This document shows, piece by piece, positions 12,978 through 24,298 of a stretch of DNA of 64,000 nucleotides. Below the pieces are notes generated by a model. That model did not search any database and had not been told where the DNA came from. It worked only from the letters and a program-made list of their open reading frames with translations. The position numbers and the translations under genes were made by a program. The DNA comes from Octopus sinensis (Eukaryota). The stretch spans positions 15,314,001 through 15,378,000 of the forward strand of contig NC_043000.1 in assembly GCF_006345805.1 (NCBI RefSeq), in the 5' to 3' direction. Position 1 is the stretch's first letter. Each line of letters begins with the position of its first letter.

Positions 12978-14849
12978 CTGAAGAGAGAAAACAATAAATA
13001 TTTAGAAATTCTAAATCAACAAGCAGCAATCAAATTAAAACAAAAACAGTACTGACATTCAACAATGCCTCAATTGATCAAGTAAGACTATCATCTACAA
13101 CCAGATGGGTGTGTTGCCTGTGTACAGGCGTCAGCTTGCCAAGACTTCTTCAGTTCCATCAGCTGCATTCACACAATCAGGCACGATCTTGTTTCCAGAC
13201 CATTCTTGATGCCACCAGTCTACAAACATCTTTGGCAGCTTCTAGATCTCTTCTCTTGTAAACTCCATGTCAGGATGATCACAGGCAGTGACTTGTGGCA
13301 CATTCCGTGTCTAAAATACGACAGCTTTGTAAATTTGATTCTTGACAATAGGTGTCGTGGAACTTTCACAGCCTTTCTAGTACTGCAGCGTTTATCAACC
13401 CTGTCTTTTTAACTTATTCTGTCCAATCTGAGGAAAGATCCACAACTCAAAGCTTCTATCTTCTCCACTGCTCTGTACAAGTTTCTGTCTCATAGAGGAC
13501 AATTAGCAAAATATAACAGAGTACTTCTATTTTAGGTAAAATGTTATGTCTTGATCGTTTTTTCATTCTTATAAAAAGGAATATCATACTAAGTTACAAA
13601 GTAAAAGCAAAGAAAAAAAAATAACTAGTTTAGTTAACGACAAAAATTTCAGTTATACATATGGCTGGATATAAAAAGATTCAGTGGAAATTCAGAGAAA
13701 ATTAAACTAAAATCTGAGAAAACTACAAATGGTCTTTGTCAGGTAAAAAAAAAAAAAAAAAAATCAAAATAGTTTAATTAAAATTCTTAAAATGAGATTA
13801 GTCTATATTCTATGAAGAGAGGTGAGCTCTGATGCTTTTGTGAAGGAAAGAGAAGCTTTCCTCTAAGTGCCAGAACTCGCTTACCTCTAGGGCAAAGAGT
13901 TCCATGTAAAGGGAGTTAATTCATGCTATAAACACTTTCACATAGCAGATGTTGCAATAAAAAAATAAATTAGAAAATGAGAAAAAAAAACATGATTCTA
14001 TTGGATTCTTTTAAGGGAGTGTTCAAAGAGCAGTAATGTAGATAAAAGAATTCTTAATTAAATCATTAAAATTATTAACCTTTCATACATTAGAAGGGTT
14101 AATAATAAATTAGTAGAGACTGCATATAATAGGCATGGCCATGTGGTTAAGATGCTTGCTTCCCAACCATGTGGTTTTGGGTTCAGTCCTACAGCATGGA
14201 ACCTTGGATAAGTGTCTTCTACAAAAGCCCAGTAAAGAGAAATTGAAAGAAACTCGTTATATATATATATGTGTGTGTGTACCCTTGTCTTGGTATTGCA
14301 TAATGGCAGTAGAATATGTATCAGTCATACTAGTGATGTTGGTTGTTTTTAGTCTTCTGTGAAAATCATGTCTGGCCATGGAGGAATATTAGCTTGCTGA
14401 GTGACAGGCAATGGTTGGTAAAAGGAAGAGCATTTAGCCATAGGAAATCTGTCTCAACAAATCCTGTTTAACCCATGCAAGCATGGAAAAGTGGACGTTA
14501 AGTGATAATTACCATCAAATAAAGGACTTGAGGTTGGGTTGACACAGTTTATTCGTCACAATTTAAAATGGTTTGTGGAAAAAAAAAGAGAAAAAGAAGC
14601 CAATTGTTAATCAGATGAACTTATCAAATAAAATTCAACTGAATTAACCTAGTATTTAGTTGCGTCCCTTTATGTCAAAGAATATTATGGCAATTTGATA
14701 ATTAGATATTGATAAAATAGGGACCAAACTGAAATAGGTGCTGGAGTTGATAGGATCAGCCAAAAACCTTGAAGGCAGTACCACCAGTATGGCTTCAGGC
14801 CAATGATTGAAACTAGTAAAAAGTATATAATAGTATTTACTATTATATA

Positions 14850-15166
14850 CTGGCAACGGACACGTAAAAGCACCATCCGTTCGTGTCCGTTGCCAGCATC
14901 GCCTGGCCCCGTGCCGGTGACACGTAAAAGCACCATCCGTTCGTGGCCGTTCGCCAGCTCTGTCTGGCACCTGTGCAGGTGGCACGTAAAAAACACCCAC
15001 TACACTCGCGGAGTGGTTGGCGTTAGGAAGGGCATCCAGCCGTAGAAACACTGCCAGATCTGACTGGGCCTGACGAAGCCTTCCAGCTTCACAGACCCCA
15101 GTTGACCCGTCCAACCCATGCTAGCATGGAAAGCGGACGCTAAACGATGATGATGATGATGATGAT
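14850..15166 (+). mobile_element. Family B (RTE 3'-end derived) copy with 3 internal modules and (GAT)n tail
   Basis: cacgtaaaagcacc repeats; ggcgttaggaagggcatccagc; catgctagcatggaaagcggacg; (gat)n. Confidence 0.85.
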
Positions 15167-15169
15167 ACT

Positions 15170-15460
15170 ATTCATCACCATTTAGCATCTGTTTTCCATA
15201 CTGGCTGGATGGTTTGAATGAACCTGGTAAGCTGGAGAGCTTCCCCCAGGCTCCAGTCTGTTTTGGTTTAGTTTCTATAGCCGGGTGCCCTTCCTAACGC
15301 CAACCACTCCACAGAGTGTAATGTGTGCCTTTTACATTACACCAGTACAGGTGCTTTTATGTGTCACCAGTACAAGTGTCTTTTACATGACACTGGCACT
15401 GGCCTCAGCTATCATTTCACTTAGTTTGATAGGTCTTCTCAAACACAGCAAATCACCAGT
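15170..15460 (-). mobile_element. Family B copy, older, tail-to-tail with the preceding copy
   Basis: Reverse complement of the family B tail, extending to tttgctgtgtttgagaagacc (RTE ORF end). Confidence 0.75.
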
Positions 15461-16137
15461 CATTGTATGGTAGTGGGAATACCCTTATTGATGATATTAA
15501 TAGAATGGTTGAGATGTAATAATTTATGGCTATTACTATTGTATGTTTGTTCCTTCTCAAGCCACGCATGGCTCATAGGGCCGGTTTCCCGGTTTCCTTG
15601 GCGTATAGGTTCCCCACCTGGATAGGACACTGGTCTGTCGCAGGTGAGCTACAAGATGCAGGAGGAAAGAGTACCTGTCTCTCCTTTATGAATAGGGGTA
15701 CCTGTCTCTCCTTTATCTGTCTACACTTTCTTACAGATTTTGCAAGGGTAAATTTGCCAAGATGCATTAAAAAAAAAATGAATTCAGCTCAAACATGGCT
15801 GTGTGCTTAAGAAGATTGCATTGCAACCACATGGCTTCAGGTTCAGTTCCACTGTGCAGTACCTTGGGCAAACGTCTTCTATTATAGCCTCAGGTCAACC
15901 AATGCAGTGTGAGTGAATTTGGTAGACAGAAACTGTGAGGAAACCCACTCTGTGTGTGTGTGTGTGTGTGCGTGTGCGTGCGTGCGTGCGTGTGTGTGTG
16001 TGTATGTGTGTATGTGTGTGTATGTGTTTGTGCGTGTGCGTGCGTGCGTGTTTATGTGTTTGTTCCACACTGTTGGACAACTTCGACTGTCCACTAACTG
16101 AAACAAGATAAAAAAATATCAAAATTGAAGTACTCAC

Positions 16138-16322
16138 AGCACAGAATTCCTCAAATGATATTTTACCATCTCCATCAGTATCTGCATGAATTATTGTTTT
16201 ATCCACAATTTGTTGAAGTTGTGTATCTTTAAGATTACTACCAACCATCATTTTGAGGACTTGGAAAAGTTCCCCATTGGAAATAAATCCATCTTTATCC
16301 ATATCATAGATCTTAAAGGCAA
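16138..16322 (-). CDS. PPP3R1: Calcineurin B coding exon 5 (185 bp; EF-hands 3-4: [62 protein letters not shown])
   Basis: Poly-T tract ending cttttcag as acceptor at 16323 and donor gtgagt at 16132-16137; ORF 15895..16302 covers most of it. Confidence 0.98.
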
Positions 16323-16489
16323 CTGAAAAGAAAAAAAAAATTATTCATAATGAATAATTCTTACATAAGACAAAGCCATAAAGTCAATTAACAAAGCTGA
16401 AATAATTGGAAAACTGATAAAAAAAAATTTGATAATTTAGGGGCCAGAATCCTCTTCTGTACAAATGTATGAACAATAATCACTTTTAA

Positions 16490-16680
16490 CCCTTCAGCAT
16501 TTAAACCAGCCATATCCAACCCAAATATTCTACCTTTTATGTTCAACTTGGCCAGATCCAGCATTTTGCACCTACCCTACAATGAAATCTAAAAGCTATG
16601 AGATAATGTACGATTAATTGAAAATAGTGTGAATAATTATGCATTACATTTGATAAAGTAATTTGAATGCTAAAGGCCAG
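16490..16680. mobile_element. piggyBac-type MITE, reverse orientation
   Basis: TTAA|cccttcagcatttaaaccagcc; reverse complement of the 40304 body. Confidence 0.65.
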
Positions 16681-16783
16681 AAATATTAAGAAAAGGAACA
16701 GTTCATTTAATTGATCCCAGCACTTGTACAAACTCAGAAGGATGAAACAAAATCGACTTCAGTGGGATAGAAGCTCAAAGTAT

Positions 16784-17215
16784 AAACAGTGCATGATATT
16801 GTGCTAAACAGTGCACAACATCGTGCTATACAGTGCACGACATCATGCTAAACAGTGCATGACATTGTGCTAAACAGTGCACAATATCATGCTGAACAGT
16901 GCACAATACTGTGCTAAACAGTGCACAATACCGTGCTAAACAGTGCACGATATCGTGCTAAACAGTGCACGATATCATGCTAAACAGTGCATGATATCAT
17001 GCTAAAAAGTATATGATATACTAAACAGTATATGATATTGTGCTAAACAGTGTACGATGTCATGCTAAACAGTGTATGATGTCATGCTAAAGAGTGTATG
17101 ATGTCATGCTAAACAGTGTATGATGTCATGCTAAACAGTGTATGATGTCATGCTAAACAGTGTATGATGTCATGCTAAACAGTGTATGATGTCATGCTAA
17201 ACAGTGCATGATATT
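16784..17215. repeat. 22-bp minisatellite, about 19-20 units (aaacagtgyaygatrtcrtgct)
   Basis: The period of 22 is directly visible (for example 17111 to 17133); the array sits inside a family C remnant. Confidence 0.95.
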
Positions 17216-17388
17216 TTGTTTAGCGTATTACTAAAATCTACAAACCTAGTGTTAAGAACTATAAACAATAATAAATCTAAGATGAAACATGAAAGATATA
17301 GAAGTTGAGTGAACAAGGTGATCTACTACAGTTTCTTGTAATCATTGCTTTATTTCCTGAGATGGCTGTGTACATAAAGTATTAAACT

Positions 17389-17615
17389 ACTTCTTGTTTG
17401 TTGTTAACACAACGTTTCAGCTGATATACCATCTAGCCTTCTTCAGGTGTCTTAGGGAATGAGAACCCAGGTTGGAAATTTCCCCAAGACACCTGAAGAA
17501 GGCTGCAGGGCATATCAGCCGAAATGTTGTGTTAACAACAAACAAGATGAGGACAAATATCTGTCGAATGTAAATAATGTACATAATTCCTCATCTCTTA
17601 AATATAGAACTGTAC
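17389..17615. mobile_element. Family D fold-back element, centre (both tRNA heads) deleted; two opposite-strand hammerhead motifs
   Basis: Minus 17403-17453: AAGACAC CTGAAGA A GGCTA..CAGCT GAAACGTT GTGTT. Plus 17486-17536: AAGACAC CTGAAGA A GGCTG..CAGCC GAAATGTT GTGTT. Confidence 0.85.
17403..17453 (-). ncRNA. Putative minimal type I hammerhead ribozyme (best-preserved family D copy)
   Basis: CUGAAGA core plus extra A; stem II; GAA-ACGU palindromic stem III; GUU cleavage triplet; stem I GACAC/GUGUU. Folded by eye; activity untested. Confidence 0.6.
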
Positions 17616-18279
17616 TTCTCCATAGGCTGGAGAGTTCAAAACTATCGCAGGCATCTTGTATTTCTGGATAGTTCTCTTTAGTTCACCAGTCTAACAAGAA
17701 TAGGCAATAAATCATCCAAGAATTTTACCTCTGATAAATCTGTGCTCTAGTCAACAGAATAAGTATATCATCTGCTTCACACCTTAAAAGTTGGAGCTGA
17801 CTACAGGTCCTTAAAACCATTAAGAGGTATTTGAATTTTGTTACATTACCTGACTTGTGAAAAGTAACTGGATCCTCCATCAGATTCACTGATTGTCATT
17901 CCAGTTATTTGACCAACCAAACTACCTACTCATTAGTGCAGGTGGTTGAGTATTCCATAAGTATTTCCTGTACTCATAACACACTCCTCAGAATAATCAG
18001 TATAATGTAGGCTGGCCTTTTAAATTACAAGCACAGTTCTTTGATGGGATTCCCATCAAATTGGTTTCCATCAACTCAATTTCACTCAAAGGCTAGGATA
18101 ACATGAGATTATGATGCCAGACATTTTGCCTAAGGTTGGATTGGCCCAGTGATCTAATGATTGTGTAGCAAATTTCTTAGCCATTCAGTCATGTCTGTGA
18201 TATTGCTAGTACCCCAACATATGGACATGTGAGCACATACACATACAGATACATTAAATGTAATAAACTATATACTTAC

Positions 18280-18339
18280 ATCTCAATTTGGACTCTTTAT
18301 CTCCTTTAACACTAAACTGAGAAACGCCTTCAATGAATT
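18280..18339 (-). CDS. PPP3R1: Calcineurin B coding exon 4 (60 bp; EFIEGVSQFSVKGDKESKLR)
   Basis: ttattttccag|AA TTC ATT GAA GGC ... TTG AGA T|gtaagt; phases are compatible with both neighbouring exons. Confidence 0.97.
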
Positions 18340-18774
18340 CTGGAAAATAATATCAAGTCATTGGTTGCAGTTAATAATTTGTCAAATCTAAAATTAAAGC
18401 AGTCAAGAAATTACATGTCAAGTTTCTAGAATTTTATTTTGTTCAGGTAAAATGCAATTATTATTTGTTGGAGGAGCAAATTTGATTACAAAAAAAAAAA
18501 GCAAACAAACAGATTAAACTATCTCTTGTAAAGTTACAAGAATGCAGAGATAATACTGTAGTACTAGACTGGTACATCATTGGTAACATGACAACCTAGT
18601 CTCATTCAACACCATCAAACACTCGCTACGCAAGTGGTGCCGCTACATGGCCATGATTGGGATGGAACAAAAAATACAAAGAAACATATGTATAACATTG
18701 CACCAAGTCATGAACAGCAAAGCTGAAACCCTCAAGTTTGCCACAAATATTAGAGCTACCTGTCTTTGATGAAC

Positions 18775-18887
18775 TTCTGGAAAATAATATCAAGTCATTG
18801 GTTGCAGTTAATAATTTGTCAAATCTAAAATTAAAGCAGTCAAGAAATTACATGTCAAGTTTCTAGAATTTTATTTAGTTCAGGTAA
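18775..18887 (-). repeat. 113-bp direct duplicate of the exon 4 splice-acceptor region (18338-18450)
   Basis: One substitution in 113 bp; offset 437 bp. Confidence 0.95.
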
Positions 18888-19080
18888 TGATGCTTTAAGC
18901 CTGTGACATAAAACTGTACCACAAAACGGCTATCCTTCTCTTCAGAACCAAAAACTACTTACACTGACACTATGAAGCACAAGCATGTGCACATTTAAGC
19001 ACTGCTCTCATATTTAGGATGAAGTTTTCTGTTTTCGTATATTTAATTATATAGGTGTTGATGACTGTCATCATGTGGCA

Positions 19081-19245
19081 TAGGCGTAGGAGTGGCTGTG
19101 TGGTAAGTAGCTTGCTTACGAACCACATGGTTCCAGGTTCAGTCCTACTGCGTGACACCTTGGGTAAGTGTCTTCTACTATAGCCTCGGGCCGACCAAAG
19201 CCTTGTGAGTGGATTTGGTAGACGGAAACTGAAAGAAGCCCGTCG

Positions 19246-19282
<37 letters not shown>

Positions 19283-19500
19283 ATATGTTTGTGTGTCTGT
19301 GTTTGTCCCCCCAACATCGCTTGACAACCGATGCTGGTGTGTTTACGTCCCCGTAACTTAGCGGTTCGGCAAAAGAGACCAATAGAATAAGTACTAGGCT
19401 TACAAAGAATAAGTCCTGGGGTCGATTTGCTCGACTAAAGGCAGTGCTCCAGCATGGCCGCAGTCAAATGACTGAAACAAGTAAAAGAGTAAAGAGAGTA
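19081..19500 (+). mobile_element. Family A tRNA-derived SINE, intact reference copy (octopus OR/OK-like; exact family unassigned)
   Basis: Head tggctgtgtggtaag (A box) ... ggttccaggttcagtcc (B-box-like); ccttgggtaagtgtcttctactatagcc core; central (TA)n/(TG)n; 3' end gaaacaagtaaaagag repeats. Confidence 0.85.
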
Positions 19501-19675
19501 TAGGTGTTGACGACTGTCATCATGTGGCAAACAACTGTTATCTCAAGAAGTTCCTCCTAATATATAAAGGGATGAACTTACTGGGCTATTAGAGGGACCA
19601 TAAAATAACCTAGTTATTAGCTAAAAAATGCAAGTGGAAAGGGCATTATTTTTATGTGATAGGAAACTGACCTAG

Positions 19676-19896
19676 TGGCGAGCTGGCAGAAATGTTAGCA
19701 CACTGGGTTAAATGCTTAACAGTATTCCGTCTGCTGTTACGTTCTGGGTTCAAATTCTGCCAAGCTCGACTTTGCCTTTCATCCTTTCAAGATCGATAAA
19801 TTAAGTACCAGTTACACACTGGGGTCAATGTAATTGACTTAATCCATTTGTCTGTCCCCTCTATGTTTAGCTCCTTGTGGGCAATAAAGAAATAAG
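19676..19896 (+). mobile_element. Family C SINE
   Basis: Matches 61444-61670. Other copies lie at about 2262-2410 (-), 6365-6495 (-), 20265-20390 (+), 38770-38950 (-) and 56499-56710 (+). Confidence 0.8.
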
Positions 19897-20720
19897 AAAA
19901 CTGACCTAAACCCTTCAGTAGCAGAGAAAGACTAACCCCTACAGATAAATATGATTTAAATAGGAAAAAAATAAAATGAGGAGAAAAAAAGAGAGGAGGC
20001 AAAAGAATGAAGGGAAGAAGCAGAGAAAAGAATTAAGTTGGCAGAGAATGAAGAGAAAGAATAAGAGAATGGTAAACTATTAGTGATGTTTAGAAATCTC
20101 CCATTTTTGATACAGTTTTCTAGTAGGTCAAACATGTAAAGAGATAACTCTGATTAAAGCTCTTGAAATTTCCATCTCCTTTTGGCCCACAACCCTAACT
20201 GCACTTAGAAAATATGTTTAGAATGATCGTCAAATATTTTGTATCAGTTATATAGACAGTGAACTGGCAGAGTTGTTCAAACTTTGGATAGAATGTGTTG
20301 AAGCATTTTTTCTGGTATTCTTGCACTCTGAGTTCAATTCCTGCCAAGGTCAACAATACCTTTCAGGGTTAATAAAAAAGGACTAGATCAGGGCAATGGT
20401 GAGGCAAAATTGTTAGAACAGAAGATAAGCCTCACAGTATCTGTCCTGGCACTGTGCATCCAGGGTTTGGAACCCACTGAAAATGGTCACACTTCTGCCA
20501 GGAGTTGTGATTGACAAATAATGTCAGCAATGTGAAAAACAAAATGCCTCATTTCCTTGGTTTAACTAGAAGATTGACAACAATTGTATCATTTCTTTGC
20601 TATTTGTAGCTAAAGTTTTGTCAAACTGATTTAATATTTCCCCTGCATATTATCTCCCTTTGAAACCTAATTAATGTACACCAACTTCACAAAAACATTC
20701 CCTTGAATTCTAAATCAGAG

Positions 20721-20754
<34 letters not shown>

Positions 20755-21434
20755 GTCAATAAAGCAGATGCAAACAATTTTCTTATAAGTGTTCCTGCTC
20801 TGAAGCATTGACATTTCTGGCAACCTTAACTGATAACAGCAGTTAGTACTTGCGATTCAAGTAAATAAAAACATACTTCAACAACAGTTCACTTGGTGCT
20901 GATAAATACAATGAGTGATAGTTAAAAACAATTAAAAAACATACAGATAAGATAGAGTATAGATCTATAATGACCAATAACTTCTTTTTTCTTTTAATTA
21001 AGTGTGTAGCTTTATATCATTCAGGTTTAGATATAAAAATGCACAAAGACATTAATATTGTTGTAATCTGTGACATAATTCCTGACAAGTTTTAAAACTC
21101 CAGCTTGAAACTAGATAACAGAAATCAGCTTTAGGGTTCTCATCAACATGAAATTTTTCAAATTTTTAAATTCTGTTATAGTTTAGATTAATACAACTGT
21201 TCATCCAAAACAGTCATATCAGTCTAGACATGTGAAATATTTTTCAAATTTTGAGTTTCAGAATAAGCAAAAGCTGTTCTTTTCTCATAATTTAGTACAA
21301 ATTTAATTTCTGAGACACATATTAACAACTGCTCTCAAGACATGTTAAATTTTAACTGATTTGTTTATTGCAGATGTACACTAAATGTGTAGAAGTCTGG
21401 AGGACTACTTTTATTGGCAAAAATAGACCTCACC

Positions 21435-22010
21435 AGCACCAGCGGCAAAAGAAAAGTACTCAGTACACACTGTAAAGAGTGGTTGGCATTAGGAAGGGCA
21501 TTAAGTCATAGAAACTATGCCTAAGTTGACAGTTGAGCTGAATACAGGCCTGTGGCTCACCAGATCCTGTCAAAATATCCAACTCCAGCTAGCTTGGAAA
21601 GTGGACATCAAATGATGATTCTCTTTAACTGTTGTGATACAATGCTAGAAGAGTATTAGCCCCAGGGTCACCATCATCATCATCATCATTTAATGCCTGT
21701 TTTCCATGCTGGCACAGGTTGGACAGTTTGACAAAAGCTGACCAGCTGAAGGGCTGTCTAGATTCCCTGTCTGTTTCAGCATGGTTCCTAAGGTTGGATG
21801 CCCTTCCTAATGCCAACCAATTTACAGAGTGTACTGGGTGCTTTTACACAGCACTGACACAGGTACTTTTTACATGGCACCAGCACTTACGAGTCCACAA
21901 GAATAGAGAAGTTCAGCTGGAGAGGGTTGCAAGAAACGAGTCTGTATGCAAGGGCAACCACACTTTTACTTGGCTTGATGTGTCTTTTCAAGCACAGCAA
22001 ACACAGCAGG
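21435..22010. mobile_element. Two older family B copies (+ 21435-21620, - 21672-22010)
   Basis: Family B tails in opposite orientation; the minus copy reaches the RTE ORF-end sequence tttgctgtgcttgaaaagac. Confidence 0.7.
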
Positions 22011-22149
22011 TATTCATAACAATTGTTATATGGTAGATACACACAGATAGTGGGTGCAGAAAACCTGCCAAATGTAAGGGATGAGATAAATATAATCTGT
22101 TGAATGCTTGTAAATTTAAAGGAGTGATTGAACTGAACCAGCAAAGAGC

Positions 22150-22513
22150 ATCATCATCATCATCACCGTTTAATGTCTGTTTTCCATGCTAGCAGGGTTG
22201 GATGGTTCAACTGGGGTCTGGGAAGCCAGGAGGCTGCACCAGGCTCCAGTCTGATCTGGTAGTGTTTCTACAGCTGGATGCCCTTCCTAACGCCAACCAC
22301 TCCGTGAGTGTAGTGGGTGCTTTTTATGTGCCAGGGGAGGCCGGCAATTGCCACGATCGGTTGGTGCTTTTTACGTGCTACCGACACAGAAGCCAGTAAA
22401 GGCGGCGCTGGCATCGGCCAAATACGGATGGTGCTTTTTAGGTGCCAGAGTAGGCTGGCAACGGCTACGATTGGGTGGTGCTTTTTACGTACCACCGGCA
22501 TGGAAGCCAGTCA
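22150..22513 (-). mobile_element. Family B copy
   Basis: (cat)n tail, conserved body, about 4 ttttacgtg/ggtgc modules. Confidence 0.85.
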
Positions 22514-22850
22514 AGAATCTATAAAGTAAAAAGTCTCAAATGAAACATAAATGAATGTTTGGGATTGTGGTAAGGAAAACTGGGAATTAATTTTGACTGG
22601 TCTAAAGAGATGACCAATGTTCATAAGGACATATTCATGGTAGCATAAAATGCAAATAAAACATTATAATGACAGTGTCAGCATCATCAATAGTATGTTT
22701 GTATGCCATAACTCACAAACATTGGTGCTGCTGTTATTGTTAAGGTCAATCATATCTAACATCAAGTGAGAAGGCAATATCACCTTGAGTCTCTGAATAA
22801 GTTAATGAAAACCTGATCCAATGATATGTAATTAATCTATGTCATATATA

Positions 22851-22974
22851 CAGGGTGTCCACAAAGTTTGGGTACATGGAGTAAATAAAATCATAACATA
22901 AAGAATTAAATATAAGAAATAATTTCTTAAAGTATGTGCTAATCCCCATGTACCCAGACTTTGTGGACACCCTG
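22851..22974. mobile_element. 124-bp Tc1/mariner-type MITE
   Basis: TA|cagggtgtccacaaagtttgggtacatgg ... ccatgtacccagactttgtggacaccctg|TA. Confidence 0.85.
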
Positions 22975-23335
22975 TACATTATTTACATTCAATGGATATT
23001 TGTTCTTATTTTGTTTGTTGTTAACACAACATTTCGGCTGATATACCCCTCCAGCCTTCTCCAGGTGTCTTGGGGGAAATTTCGAACCTGGGTTCTCATT
23101 CCTAAGGTATTTTTCAATATTATTATTATTGTTGTTCAAGTCACCGCTTGGAATCGAACTCGGAATCTTGGGGTTAGTAGCCTGCGCTTTTAACCACTAT
23201 GCCATATGCCTGATACCTGAAGAAGGCTGGAGGGTATATTAGCCGAAATGTGTTAACAGCAAACAAAATGAGGGCAAATATCTGTTAAATGTAAATAATG
23301 TACATAATTCCTCATCTCTTAAATATAGAACTGTA
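22975..23335. mobile_element. Family D fold-back element: left arm complete, right arm internally deleted
   Basis: Same sequence as 1-445. tRNA-like head at 23140-23210 (-); hammerhead motifs at about 23019-23072 (-) and 23211-23257 (+). Confidence 0.85.
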
Positions 23336-23519
23336 TGTCATATATCTTTTTGTTTTTCTTTTGCTTGACAAATTTGATGGAATGCTTTTAAGTCAAGAAA
23401 GATCTGTTGAGGAGTCATTTCATTGCAGCACATATTGATAGAGCCGAGATAAAAAGAGCTCTACCAAGTTGAGCTGACCTATGGTTTTAATCATCAACCT
23501 TATTCCCTCCCTATTTACA

Positions 23520-23996
23520 GTTACTATCGAAATTGAACCAAATTCAATGACTGGAGCCCGTGCCAGTAGAGCGCTAAAAGCTCCATCCAAGCAGAATCAC
23601 TGCCAGAGCAGCTGTCTGGCTTCCGTGCCAGTAGCATGTGAAAAGGCACCATTTGAGCATGATCGATACCAGTATCGCCTTACTGGCACGTGAATAAAAT
23701 TTTCGAGCGAGGTCGTTGCAGAGCTGCTGGACTGGCTCCTGTGCAGGTGGCACGTAAAAAAACACTATTTCGAGCATGGCCGTTGCCAGTACCGCTAGAC
23801 TGGCCCTCATGCCAGTGGCACGTAAAAGCACCCACTACACTCTCAGAGTGGTTGGCGTTAGGAAGGGCATCCAGCTGTAGAAACTTTGCCAGATCAGATT
23901 GGAGCCTGGCGCAGCCATCTGGTTCGCCAGTACTCAATCAAAATGTCCAACCTATGCTAGCATGGAAAGCGGATGTTAAACGATGATGATGATGAT
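23520..23996 (+). mobile_element. Family B long copy
   Basis: atcgaaattgaaccaaattc 5' part, several modules, (gat)n tail. Confidence 0.85.
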
Positions 23997-24298
23997 CAAA
24001 AACTACTAGGCTAATGATTTTTCTTTATAAATTTCATCACATTTCCTATGTACAAATAAACCCCACAAAACTGAAACACCAAAGTTTGCACATCATCTCC
24101 AGGACACAGAGGACACCTAATAACTTTCTTTTAGTTATGTTGAATGAGGTTAAACTGTAATATATCTTAAGAAATCAACTCTAATACATTACCCTTCCTC
24201 TACTCACAATCCATATTCACCTAAAAATTACCACACTCACAACAACAAAATAGACAGGTTAATTCATATTTTCCATATAAACAAAACTGCATCATAAA

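Noticed and set aside
13060-13500. Alternative exon in the GC-richer part of the last intron (tattttag|ACACGG... gives TRNVPQVTACDHPDMEFTREEI*)
   Set aside because: No similarity to CnB and a weak acceptor; more likely an old repeat. RNA evidence would be needed.
15895-16137. C-terminal extension of the EF-hand ORF 15895..16302
   Set aside because: Read-through past the gtgagt donor into intron and (CA)n; the true last exon is at 12930-12977.
16784-17215. CRISPR-like array
   Set aside because: Units are contiguous with no unique spacers; eukaryotic context with no cas genes.
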